This document shows, piece after piece, positions 32,616 through 43,091 of a stretch of 64,000 nt of DNA. Position 1 is the stretch's first letter; each line of letters starts with the position of its first letter. The notes under the pieces are model-generated. The model saw only the letters and a list, made by a program, of their open reading frames with translations, searched no databases and was not told where the DNA came from. Origin of the DNA: Tubiluchus corallicola (Eukaryota > Animalia > Priapulida); NCBI GenBank assembly GCA_030141605.1, contig JAQGDQ010000047.1, forward strand, positions 496,001 to 560,000. The letters run 5' to 3'. The position numbers and the translations under genes are program-made.

Positions 32616-35606
32616 ATGGGTGTGTCATTGTGCAGGGCATCAAGCCATTCATTCAAGGTTGCACCAGCAAGGCAACAAGCCACAGATACAGCATTTAATG
32701 CGGAAAATGAATTAGATGATGAAAATAAAAATGTCACTAAAGGTTCAGGATTTTATCGCCAGAAATCTGATATTGAAATAGAAGCCACAGCTGAAACGCT
32801 GAGATTTTTTGATACTGCACAGGTGTCTTTTGCTTCCACTGTGTCTTTAGATTCTGCTAGCTGCAGTAACGGAAATCTTCAAAATCACGGTATGCACAAT
32901 GAAGGCCATAAACTCATTCCCTATACACATAATGAGGAAACTGTTCTTCAAGGATATGATCATGGTTCTTATGTTAAAGAATGCAGATCTTTGCATGGAA
33001 GTAGTAAAATAAATGATACGCTCATTTCTGAGGGAGATGACATAACTTTTCATGAAAGCAGCCATGGGATTCACAAGACAAAACATGTTTCAAATCAATC
33101 TAAATTAAATGAACAATATAGCGTGCTCCAAAAATCTTCAGTCGTATCTGCTGGAGAATGCTGGGAGAATGTTAAAAAAGCCTGGCATATTATAGAACAG
33201 CAGTGCAGCAATGTGAATTCATTTTGTTTAATGAGAGATCCCAATTTTCAGCCTCAAGCTCACAAAGTTGTGCGAGTGTTTGTTTCTTCAACATTTGCAG
33301 ATTTTCACAGTGAACGTGAAATTTTGGTAAAGCGTGTATTTCCAGCCCTCCGCGAATGGTGCAACTCTCATCACTTACAGTTTATTGAGTGTGACTTGCG
33401 CTGGGGTGTGCCAAAAGAAACTACAACAAGTGCAACGATCAGAACTTGTTTGGAGGAAATTGACCGTTGCTATGCGTCCACTGATGGGAAACCTTTTTTT
33501 ATTGGTTTAATTGGTGAAAGATATGGTTGGATTCCCAGTGCATCAGATGTGGCACCAGATGTTCAAAAAGACTACCAGTGGATACCTGGTATCTCTATCA
33601 CTCACATGGAAATATTGCACGGAGCTTACCGTCCAAAAAGCTGCAATGCAATATTCCTTTTCAGAAATGAAAGCTGTATTGAAGGCATTCCTTCTCATTT
33701 CATAGCAAGATTTCGTGACGATGATCCATTACCTAGAGCTCATTTGCGTGAACTAAAATCAAGGTTACGGTTTACATTCCCAAAGCAAGTATTTGATTAC
33801 CAGTGTCGATACGAAGGGGTTGAATCCAGCACGGGAACAGAAAAAGTTGTTCTGTCCGATTTGGAAAATTTTGGGTGGAAAGTTATTGGTTTTTTTAAAG
33901 ATGCAATAAAAACAAAGTATCCTCAACACATGAAACAAATGACAAGTACACCTGTTGAACAAGAGACTGACTTGCAGAACTTTTTTGTTAAACAGCATTC
34001 ACAACTTTTTCTTGGCAGAGAGCAGGAACTTGGAGAATTAACTAGGTATGCTACAGAAAAGCAAACATGCACCAAACCTTTTAGTGACATCTCAGACTTT
34101 TACAGAGATGATAAAATGATTGGTAATCATATGATGGTTGTTATTGGTGAAGCAGGCATAGGAAAGACTGCTCTATTAGCCCGATTAGTGAAAAATTGGA
34201 TGAAAAGTGAGAATAAGGTCTTCTACCATTTTGTTGAAGCAACTCCAACTAGTCGGGATCCTGCCATGATTAGTGCACGCCTTATTGCTGCTTTAACAGA
34301 AGATATGCCTGATTTTGATGTTCCTGATCCATATAATATGGATTTTAAGGACATGGATGAACTTCTCAAACAAATTTTTCCAAAATGGCTAACATCTGGC
34401 AAAGAACTTTTGATTGTGCTAGATGCAGTTGATATGCTTTCCGATAACCAAAGCCCAGGTCATTTGTCTTATGTACCACACACATTTCCAGGAAAGGTAA
34501 AGTGTGTTGCTTCTTGCAAGCCGTCATCTTTTCCAACATTGGCTCGCCTGGAAAATCGGAAACCATATAAAATGACCTTGAATGAATTATGTGTGGACAT
34601 GTGTGAGAAATTTGTAGAGAGGTACCTGGGACAATATAACAAGAAACTTGATCCTGAGCAAATGCTCTTGTTAGTGAGTAATCCCGGATCAAAGCTACCA
34701 CTTTGGCTGGCTCATGCCTGTGAGGAATTACGTGTGTTTGGTGAATTCACAACAGTCACTAATCGAATTAAGTCACTGCCACCTACCAAAGATCAGCTCT
34801 TGGCAGATATTCTTCGTAGGCTAGTGAGCGAGGATGCTACTGGATGTTTGGAAACAGCAGTGTTTTTAATTGCTGCATCACAGAATGGCATACCAGAGAA
34901 ATACATGAGATTACTTTTAGGAGATTACACAACAGAAACCCCAATAGCTCAGGCACTGTGGTCCGAAGTCAGAAGAAACCTGAAGGCATTTTGTAGAAAT
35001 ACAGGTGATTACATGCAGCGTTATATATTCACTCACAGCGCCATATTGAAGATTATCTTGGAAAAGCTAAATGCTGATGTTGAAAGAGTAGTGCATAAGC
35101 AGCTAGCTAACTTTTATGAAAATTACTGTTCAGATCGCCAGGTAATGATTGTTGAACTTCCCTATCACTTATATCACTCTGGTCAAGTGTCAAAGCTGGT
35201 AGAATTTTTAAGAAGTCGAAAGAGCTTTGGAGTGCCACGGATGACTCGTCAGAAGTACTTGCAATTGACGAGGTGTTGCAGTATTGCTAAGGCTGGATTC
35301 GGTCTATCCCAAAAGGTATATGCCTGCAAATTTTGTTCTGTGAAACAAGGATTAACTGCAAGCTTAAAAAATTCGTGCACTGTGTGTTTGGAATTCATTC
35401 CTAAAATATTAGTCAAAGAGGCTTATATCTGCCATCGACACCGATACAATGTTCCACCAAACTGGATCAAATGTTTTTACTGTGAAAAAATGCAAGCAAT
35501 GGGCAATAAAGCAATCGAAGCGATACCTTTAAATTTGTGTCATATTTGTGGTGGGCCGGGAAAGGAAACCTGCTGCAAACTTGGACTTACAAGTAAGCAA
35601 TTCTAG
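32616..35606 (+). CDS. DUF4062 + NACHT-type STAND NTPase (TEP1/NPHP3/NWD-like) with a C-terminal Cys-rich zinc domain; single coding exon
   Basis: Uninterrupted ORF; first ATG at 32616 (MGVSLC). DUF4062 motifs VRVFVSSTF.D...ERE.L, DLRWGV, CLEEIDRC and FFIGLIGERYGW. Walker A GEAGIGKT (34146-34169), Walker B LLIVLDAVD, PLWL helical motif. AATAAA at 35608. Confidence 0.92.
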   Translation: MGVSLCRASSHSFKVAPARQQATDTAFNAENELDDENKNVTKGSGFYRQKSDIEIEATAETLRFFDTAQVSFASTVSLDSASCSNGNLQNHGMHNEGHKLIPYTHNEETVLQGYDHGSYVKECRSLHGSSKINDTLISEGDDITFHESSHGIHKTKHVSNQSKLNEQYSVLQKSSVVSAGECWENVKKAWHIIEQQCSNVNSFCLMRDPNFQPQAHKVVRVFVSSTFADFHSEREILVKRVFPALREWCNSHHLQFIECDLRWGVPKETTTSATIRTCLEEIDRCYASTDGKPFFIGLIGERYGWIPSASDVAPDVQKDYQWIPGISITHMEILHGAYRPKSCNAIFLFRNESCIEGIPSHFIARFRDDDPLPRAHLRELKSRLRFTFPKQVFDYQCRYEGVESSTGTEKVVLSDLENFGWKVIGFFKDAIKTKYPQHMKQMTSTPVEQETDLQNFFVKQHSQLFLGREQELGELTRYATEKQTCTKPFSDISDFYRDDKMIGNHMMVVIGEAGIGKTALLARLVKNWMKSENKVFYHFVEATPTSRDPAMISARLIAALTEDMPDFDVPDPYNMDFKDMDELLKQIFPKWLTSGKELLIVLDAVDMLSDNQSPGHLSYVPHTFPGKVKCVASCKPSSFPTLARLENRKPYKMTLNELCVDMCEKFVERYLGQYNKKLDPEQMLLLVSNPGSKLPLWLAHACEELRVFGEFTTVTNRIKSLPPTKDQLLADILRRLVSEDATGCLETAVFLIAASQNGIPEKYMRLLLGDYTTETPIAQALWSEVRRNLKAFCRNTGDYMQRYIFTHSAILKIILEKLNADVERVVHKQLANFYENYCSDRQVMIVELPYHLYHSGQVSKLVEFLRSRKSFGVPRMTRQKYLQLTRCCSIAKAGFGLSQKVYACKFCSVKQGLTASLKNSCTVCLEFIPKILVKEAYICHRHRYNVPPNWIKCFYCEKMQAMGNKAIEAIPLNLCHICGGPGKETCCKLGLTSKQF

Positions 35607-38600
35607 CAATAAAGAGTATCATACCTCTTTGAATATTTTTGAAATATAATATTTCCAAGTTTATATTTAACTTGTACCATAATTAAAGCAAATTGTGATA
35701 ATCTGATAACAGGAACATATTTTGTTTATATATTTTAATATGACTGCAATGATATCTATTTGCATTAGTTATATATTTTAATTAGCAAATTAATTTTGCA
35801 CTTGTGATACCATTTGAGCCTGTTTTATAGCACATTTTAGAATGATACAATTACTGCCTGTGATAGCTGTTTGTTAAATATTTTATATTGATACATAAAT
35901 TTTGGAAAACTATCTTAGCAGCACAAAATTTTGACTGCATTTGTATGTTGTAGTTGTACCATCATTATAATTTTGATGACTCCAGCTGTTTGTGATGCAT
36001 GCGTGGAATATGAATTATAGATATTATGTGTCCAAGTTCATCTTTTTAGGAGAAAAATAAAATAGTGTTTTGAGCATATGCTGGACAACTGAAGTTAAGC
36101 AGTGCTGCACCTAGTTAGTAAATTGATAAGTGATTGCCAGGAAAATTGCTTCTGTGTGGTGATCATACAGCAGTTGGCTATTGGAATTTTTTGTACTAAA
36201 TTGTGTGTAAATTCTAGTAGACTAAATAGTCAGTAGGCTATAGATTGCAATTGACACACTTGAGTTTAGGTGTTCTGAGCTGAAATACTGAATTTGCTAG
36301 GTAGGAGTACAAATATAAGCAGCATAAATTTGTTAAGTTTGTCAGGGTTCTACTTATTTCTTTAGATTATGGTTGCATTAAAATAAAAGAATAAAATTGA
36401 TGTTACACAAAACGAATAGTCTGCATTCTTTCAGTATCTAATCACACTGTCAGTTTTTAAATTCAACTACACCTTTAAGAATACATGTAATCTAGCTTTA
36501 TTTTAAAAATGAAGGGGAATTTTAAAAATGTCTCAAAAACCTGCCATATAAAGTTATATTATCTTACGTTACATTTACCTGTTTGAAAGACATAATATAA
36601 CTGAAAAAGAAACTTCTTAATAATTTAAATGTTTGTTCCAGCTGGTAAAATGTCAGTGTTTTGCAATAACCCCACTCCATAAAAACATACACTGGTTCGT
36701 CACATGTATTGATGTTATTGACAAGACAAAGTAATTTTGACTTTTACTTAAGTAGTTAGTGATGTTCACCACAAATGCTCTGATTATTTTGCAAACTCTA
36801 TGCAAAGTTATATAAATTTTACTTCAAAGAACTTAAGATGAACTCAAAATGACTGCATCTAACGGTCATCGCAGGAGTTTAAAATTTTCTACAACATTGC
36901 TGTTAATACAACTTCTTGGCACAATGAGAGCACATGTAAGTGATATAAAATTTCAGAGCGAATTTTTTTAATTTTATGTAATGATAGCATCTTTTTGTGG
37001 TTTAAATGCCTGTATTATGTGGTACTTGCATGACTATAATGTAATAATAAAACTATTTCAACTTGTATATCAATTACAACAACTTGACAGTATACAACAT
37101 TTTGACAAGTGGCATGCCTGAAATGCAGAATTACTGTTTTATCCACCACTCATGTATAGCCAATGGAAATTTACTACAGCAATTATAATTTCTGCCCTGA
37201 AGTACATTTCACTAATATAGGAACTGTATTTTAATGTTATACTATTCGAAAGTGTTTTGAGCTGTTATCCACTGTTAAGATAAACCATGCACTAGAAGTC
37301 TGGGTATCACCTTTATACTGCAAAATTATAACAGATATTTTTTATAATATTAATGTATAATTATTGGCATACATTTCCCCAATCAGAAGTGCAGAATTTT
37401 TACTAATACTTGATATTATTGTTTCTAGCTTCGGCTGGCATGATTTATAAACTCAGTTCTCACTAATTGCGTTAACTGAAACATGGTTAAATGAAGATAC
37501 AGAAAAGATGTTTAATTTACCCAGATATACTCTGGTGAATAGAAATAGGAAGAATAAAAAGCGGGGTGGTGTAGGGTTGTTCATCAAATCAGACATACCG
37601 TTTGTAGTGAGAAATGACTTAACATCAAGCAATTCTGACCTTGAAAGTATTTTTATTGAAATTCAAAAAGTTAAAGGCAAAAACATAGCAGTCGGCGTGA
37701 TCTACAGACCACCCGGGCGAAACCTACCAACATTTATTAAACACTACTAAACTATCAATAATAAATTAACAAAATAAGCAGTTATTTTTGTTAGGGGACT
37801 ACAATTTGAACTTATTAAATCACTCTTCGCATCAAGACGGGACTGAGTTTCTTGATACTATTATTACTAATTATGTTTTTCCAGTTATTACTTGTCCAAC
37901 TCGAATTACAGCATATAGCTCTACATTAATTGATAATATTCTAACAAATGTTATACAGCATCAGTATAGAGCTGGCAGTCTCTTAGTAGATGTCACCGAT
38001 CACTTACCAATTTTCTTAATTATTGATTTAAACATAGCAAAATCTCAAACTAATAATATCGACAACGTAATATACAATAACCATGTAAAAAATAAATTAA
38101 TAAGTGATATAGAATCAATTAACTGGGAGGAATTATATAGTACTTCAGATCCCGAAGCAGCTTGCAATCTATTTCTGGAAAAAATTTAATGAAGCTTACT
38201 TTAAAAATATAAAAATTACTGATGCTTCCATGAAAACTAATGTCATTAAAAATCCTTGGATAACTCCAGCCATATTAACCAGTATCAAGCGCAAAAACAA
38301 AATGTATAATTCATTAATCAAACAAATCTCAGATGTAGCTGGGACCGACTATAAACAATATCACAATAAGCTAAATAATATTATTAAAAATGCTAATCTG
38401 ACTTATTATCAAAATGAGTTAGCCAATTTAAAGAAAACATGGGGAATTATGAAAGAAATAATGTATTCCTGGTGCGAACAGTCGTTTAAAAATTAATAAT
38501 AAATTAATCACCAATCCTAAATCTATAGTAAATCATTTTAATGACCATTTTTTGCAGATTGGACAAAAATTAGCTGATAATATAGAAAATGTTAATATCA

Positions 38601-39318
38601 ACTATGAAACTTATTTAAGAGGCAATTATCCTTCTACCTTTCTCTTTACACCAGTCACAGAATCTGACATCATGAATATATGCAAGTCATGTGATCGAAA
38701 TAAAGGAGCTGGTAGAGATAATTTGCGCCCCAAAGTTATTATAGATGTAATTGAAAGTATCATTACCCCTTTAACACACATAACTAATAATTCACTTAAA
38801 ACTGGCACGGTTCCTTCTAAATTAAAACGATTAATTATCATTCCTATCTTCAAATCTAAGGATTCTCTGGACATTAATAATTATAGACGTATCTCGCTGT
38901 TACCTTTTCTCAAAAATACTGGAAAAAGTTGTTTGCAATAAAATATGATCTTATTTGGATCATCAAACATTATAAACAATAAGCAGTTTGGTTTTCAGGA
39001 AAACAGCTCAACCGAACTGGCTTTGATAAACACTGTAGAGAGTATAACTAAATGCAATGAACAAAATAAAGTAGCGGTAGGTGTAACATCCGCAAGATAC
39101 AGCCACAACAGTTGATGAATTAGTGAATACTAGAACGAACGTTTATTAAAATGAGCGTCAGTTTAGATAGTTGACCAAAGCAAATCCCACATTACATAAC
39201 TTCTACCTCGTCATCATCATACGCCCGCTACGTCTAATTGTAGACATTGGGCAGGCAGAATTCTAAAATAAAAGAAATGAGCCTTCAGAAAGGTAAACGC
39301 AACAGTAACTTCTACCTC

Positions 39319-40287
39319 ATCATCATCTCTGGAGTCACACGTCATTCGACATGACCCTGCTGATCACTTTACTCCATGCTGCCCTGTCACCTGCAACCTT
39401 CCATGTCTCTGCATTTTTGATATCTAATGATGTGTTGATAAGATGTTTTTGGATGAAATTGATATTAGTCAGCAGCTGTCCTCCTTGCGGTTTCTTTCCT
39501 TTCTGTAGTGTTTCTTTGAAAGCTAACTTTAACTGACTGTCATGTGGTAGTCGTATAGCATGTCCTATCCATCTTAATCTTCTCCTTTTGATTTTAATTG
39601 TCCATTCCTCTGCTTTGACTTTATTGTACAGATCCTGGTTTGATATTTTGTTTGGCCATTTTATTCCTAGAATGTTCTTGTAGTTTCTTCTTTGAAATGC
39701 ATTAATTTCTGATTCGTGTTATGCTTGAATTGTGCATAATTCTGAGTTATAGAGAAACACAGTTTCCACAAGTGCAGCAAAGATCCTTAATTTAGTATCA
39801 AAACTGATCCTCTTACTTTCAAAAAATTTTGTTAATTTGGAATATGCAGCTTTATGTGATACTCTTTTGTTTTATCTTTATTTAGTATAAGATCCATTTC
39901 TTTTAAATTTGTTTCTATTTTGATTTTGACATCATCTATTTCATCTTTGGTTCTTGCTATCCATGCAATATCATCAGCATATTGCAGGTCTATGGTTGTA
40001 ATGAAGTTCGTTTTATTAGCATAATTGTGTTCTAATTCTGTTCCCGATAGTAGCTTTTTTGTGTCCTGATTTGTATAATTGTGGTCACAAAGTTCTTTTC
40101 TGGGTGTACTGTTCCTGTCCATTAATGCTGTGGCTAGATAAAAAGTGAAGAGAACAGGACTTAGGCAATCTCCTTGAGGTATTCCCTTATTCGTGGAAAA
40201 TGAATCATTCACTCTGCCTTCACATCTAACACTAATTAGATCTTCCAATAATATTGATATCATATAAATATTGTCAGGATTAAGTAT
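39319..40287 (-). mobile_element. 5'-truncated RTE-like LINE (RT core to 3' end, (GAT)n tail)
   Basis: GIPQGDCLSPVLF, QYADDI and LRWIGHAIRLP. Tail ATCATCATC on + at 39319. Confidence 0.9.
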
Positions 40288-40296
40288 TTCTACCTC

Positions 40297-40710
40297 ATCA
40301 TCATCATATCAGATTCTAATGAATCATACGTCCAGGGACATGATTCTGCTCATCTCCCTATGCCAGGATTCCCTGCTTGCCGCAATGCCCCAAGTGCATT
40401 TATTTCTAAGAATCAATGCTGAAGTGTTTAAATCTTTCTGTGCATAACCTATATATGTTAACATTTGTCCTCCTGCAGGTTTTTTAGCTGGTTCTTTGGC
40501 TTGTTGAAGAGCTATCTTCACTGGAAGATCATCAGGTAGTCTAAGCATATGCCCAATCCATCTTAAATGGCGTCTTTTTATTTTTCTTGTCCAAGGTTCT
40601 TTTATTCTTTCATATAGATCTTTGTTTGAAGTTTTCTTTGGCCATCTAATACCCAAAATGTTTCTGTAATTTCGCCTTTGAAACGCATCGATTTCAGCTT
40701 TATGATTCGC
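40297..40710 (-). mobile_element. 5'-truncated RTE-like LINE 3' end, (GAT)n tail
   Basis: GIRWPKKTSNKDLY...LRWIGHMLRLPDDLPVKIAL...RESWH. Confidence 0.9.
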
Positions 40711-40715
40711 TTCTC

Positions 40716-40900
40716 TTTCTTCTTCAATGAATCACACGTCCAGGGACATGATTCTGCTCAGCTCTCTATGCGAGGACTCCCTACACGCTGCAATGCCCCA
40801 AGTGGATTTATTTCTAAGGATCAATGCTGAAGTGTTTAAATCTTTCTGTGCAAAATCTAAGTATGTTAACATTTGTCCTCCTGCAGGTTTTTTAGCTGAT
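40716..40900 (-). mobile_element. Shorter copy of the same LINE 3' end, (GAA)n tail
   Basis: 40726-40897 is a diverged direct repeat of 40318-40490; tail TTTCTTCTTC on +. Confidence 0.88.
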
Positions 40901-42854
40901 TTGCTTTTAATGTCCAGAGCTCAGAGTTAATATGCGGCCCGTTTAACAACAATGAGGGAAACCTTAGTAAGCACAAACATCAAAATATTAGCCATAGACA
41001 AAAACAACGTCACAGTAGATATATTTTGTGACCTCTCTAAGGCCTTTGATACTGTTAATCATAAAATACTTCTTGCTAAACTACATCATTACGGTCTTAG
41101 AGGGGTAGCAAACGCATGGATATCTAGTTATCTTCTTGGGAGAACACAAGTGGTTCGATATAATAATGTAATTTCAAATGAAGCTTCCATAATCCATGGG
41201 GTACCACAAGGCTCAATTTTAGTTCCGCTTATATATTTTTAATATATATAAATGACATAAAATATTCTTTAGATAGTCCAAATCTGTTCCAGTTTGCAGA
41301 TGATACGAGCATATTCTTTGAGTTAAATAAGGCTGATAATTTAATATATATTAACCGTGAATTACAAAATATTGTTATTTGGTTCAAAACGAATAAGTTA
41401 CCATTAAATTCTACAAAAACTAAATGTATCATTTTTAGAGCAAGATACAAAAAAATCCAAGTAATAATGGTCATATTAAATCAATAATTCCCCAATTGAA
41501 ATCATTCAGGAAATGAAATTTTTGGGAGTCATTCTAAACGAACACATGGATTGGAAATCGCATATAGACATGATCAAAAGTAAAATTTCAAAAAGTATAG
41601 GAGTCATATGTAGGACTGTAAATTGCTTTACTAATTTACATCTAATAATCTTATATAATTGTTTAATGTTACCATACCTCACACACTGTTGTCTCCTTTA
41701 GGGACAGTGCGTGAGGTATGGTAACATTAAACAATTGCCGAGTTATCCAAAGAAAATTTCTTAGAATCACTTATAATCTTAGAAAAAGAGAACATCTTAA
41801 TTTAACATGTTTCAAAACTAATGGAATTTTAACTGTTGGCGATTTATAACACATGAATATAGCTGTATAAAACACATACATGTATAAAACTAAATATCAT
41901 CTTTTTCCAACGTTCTTTAATAATCCAGTCCAACCTAATAATCGGTGTTATGCAACCAGAATGAATGAGTTTGTCGTAAATTTCTGTAGAACAGACGTAG
42001 CACGGCAATTTATAGCAAAAGTTGGTCCAAGACTTTTGATGTTAAATGATGAATTAAAAACTGTTCAGCCAATTCAAAAATTTAAAAAGAAATATAGAGT
42101 AATGATTTTCAACAAGTACAACACTTCTTAATATCCTACAGCCACTGCAGCAGTCATACCACAGGCTTGGTACAGATTATTCAAAACAAGACATCATTGA
42201 TAAATCTTTAGAGCTGATGTAAACATCGCACAATCTACTATCTTTCTTCCTACTATTTCCACTAACACATCCTTCTACCCTTCCTGTTTGATCTAACCTT
42301 TCTCCCAGTTCTTTTTTTGTTAGTTCATGCATTCTTTTTTATCTGGTTTACATGAGAGTGGACCTGTACAAGCCTTTGCTTCTCTAGCCAACTGCAGTAG
42401 AATTATTCTTTTATGATAACGACAGTGTATGAAACATAATAATTTAATACAGTATGAGGTAAAAATTTTGATGTCACTGTGTATTTAACGTCAATATATT
42501 GTACTTAATGTGACAATAATGAAAACTTCATATTTTCTATTTCGTATTTTTCACAAACTCATTTGACTCAAGTAGGCTTTTCTAATCGTAGTTGCACCTG
42601 CCTATATTGTTAATCAACAGTGCTTTTAATTTTTTCTGCATAATAATTAAGGGCACTATCGTCTACAAAGGTCTTATCTTTATTAAGAGTACTTAAAAAC
42701 GAATGTATTTGTGAAGCTTCTTAAAGTTTGTAATGGATAATATATTTCTATAGGTTTTATTATATTCTTCTTTAAAAAACTTCGGTCAGCCGTTGACTTG
42801 TTGACAATTACGCTATTACCGCATTCAGCAGCAGCTACGATAAATCGAGCTGTC

Positions 42855-42950
42855 TTTCTTCCAATAAGATTTAACATCTGGTCACTAGATGGCGAAGTAA
42901 AGTCGGCTCTTTACAAAGGTGTGGTGAAAGGTTTTCAATATGGCGTTTTT
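42855..42950 (+). promoter_or_regulatory. Putative DIP2 proximal promoter with CCAAT box, CTCF-like and YY1-like motifs
   Basis: CCAAT at 42861, TGGTCACTAGATGGCGAA at 42879-42896 and AATATGGCG at 42937-42945, all 60-150 bp upstream of the ATG. Motif matches only. Confidence 0.45.
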
Positions 42951-43006
42951 GTACGTGTGTTAGTGCATTGTTTCATTTATTTGAGTATCAAAAGCAAAAA
43001 AACACA

Positions 43007-43091
43007 ATGGCTGAACAAGTAGTAGATTATCCAGGACTTCCACAGGAAGTTAGGGAAAGACTCGCTGAACTGGAATTAGAACTTTCAGAAG
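43007..43091 (+). CDS. DIP2: DIP2 exon 1 (MAEQVVDYPGLPQEVRERLAELELELSE)
   Basis: ATG in A-rich context, donor G|GTAAGT. Confidence 0.95.

Larger units (their letters stand above)
39082..41014 (-). mobile_element. Solo-LTR-like insert (TG...CA termini, 5-bp TSD) carrying stacked non-LTR retrotransposon fragments
   Basis: Starts TGTAACAT and ends ACGTCACA (imperfect 8-bp inverted termini). TSD GTAGG (39077-39081) / GTAGA (41015-41019); removing the insert restores the host RT codons VAVGIFCDLS. Minus-strand AATAAA at ~39142-39147. Confidence 0.75.
37440..42400 (+). mobile_element. Near full-length decayed CR1/L2-group LINE ORF2, split by the insert at 39082-41014
   Basis: IALTETWL, RGGVGLFIK, VIYRPP, LGDYN, TDHLP, NYRRISLL, then VAVG|IFCDLSKAFDTVNH across the insert, GVPQGSIL, FADDT and FLGVILNEHMDWKSHI. 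Confidence 0.92.

Noticed and set aside
39203-40297. CTACCTC(A) repeats are exact let-7 seed matches (three copies)
   Set aside because: The copies are explained by target-site duplication and lie inside nested transposons rather than an evident 3'UTR. The minus-strand TGAGGTAGAA does not continue as a let-7 mature sequence or hairpin.
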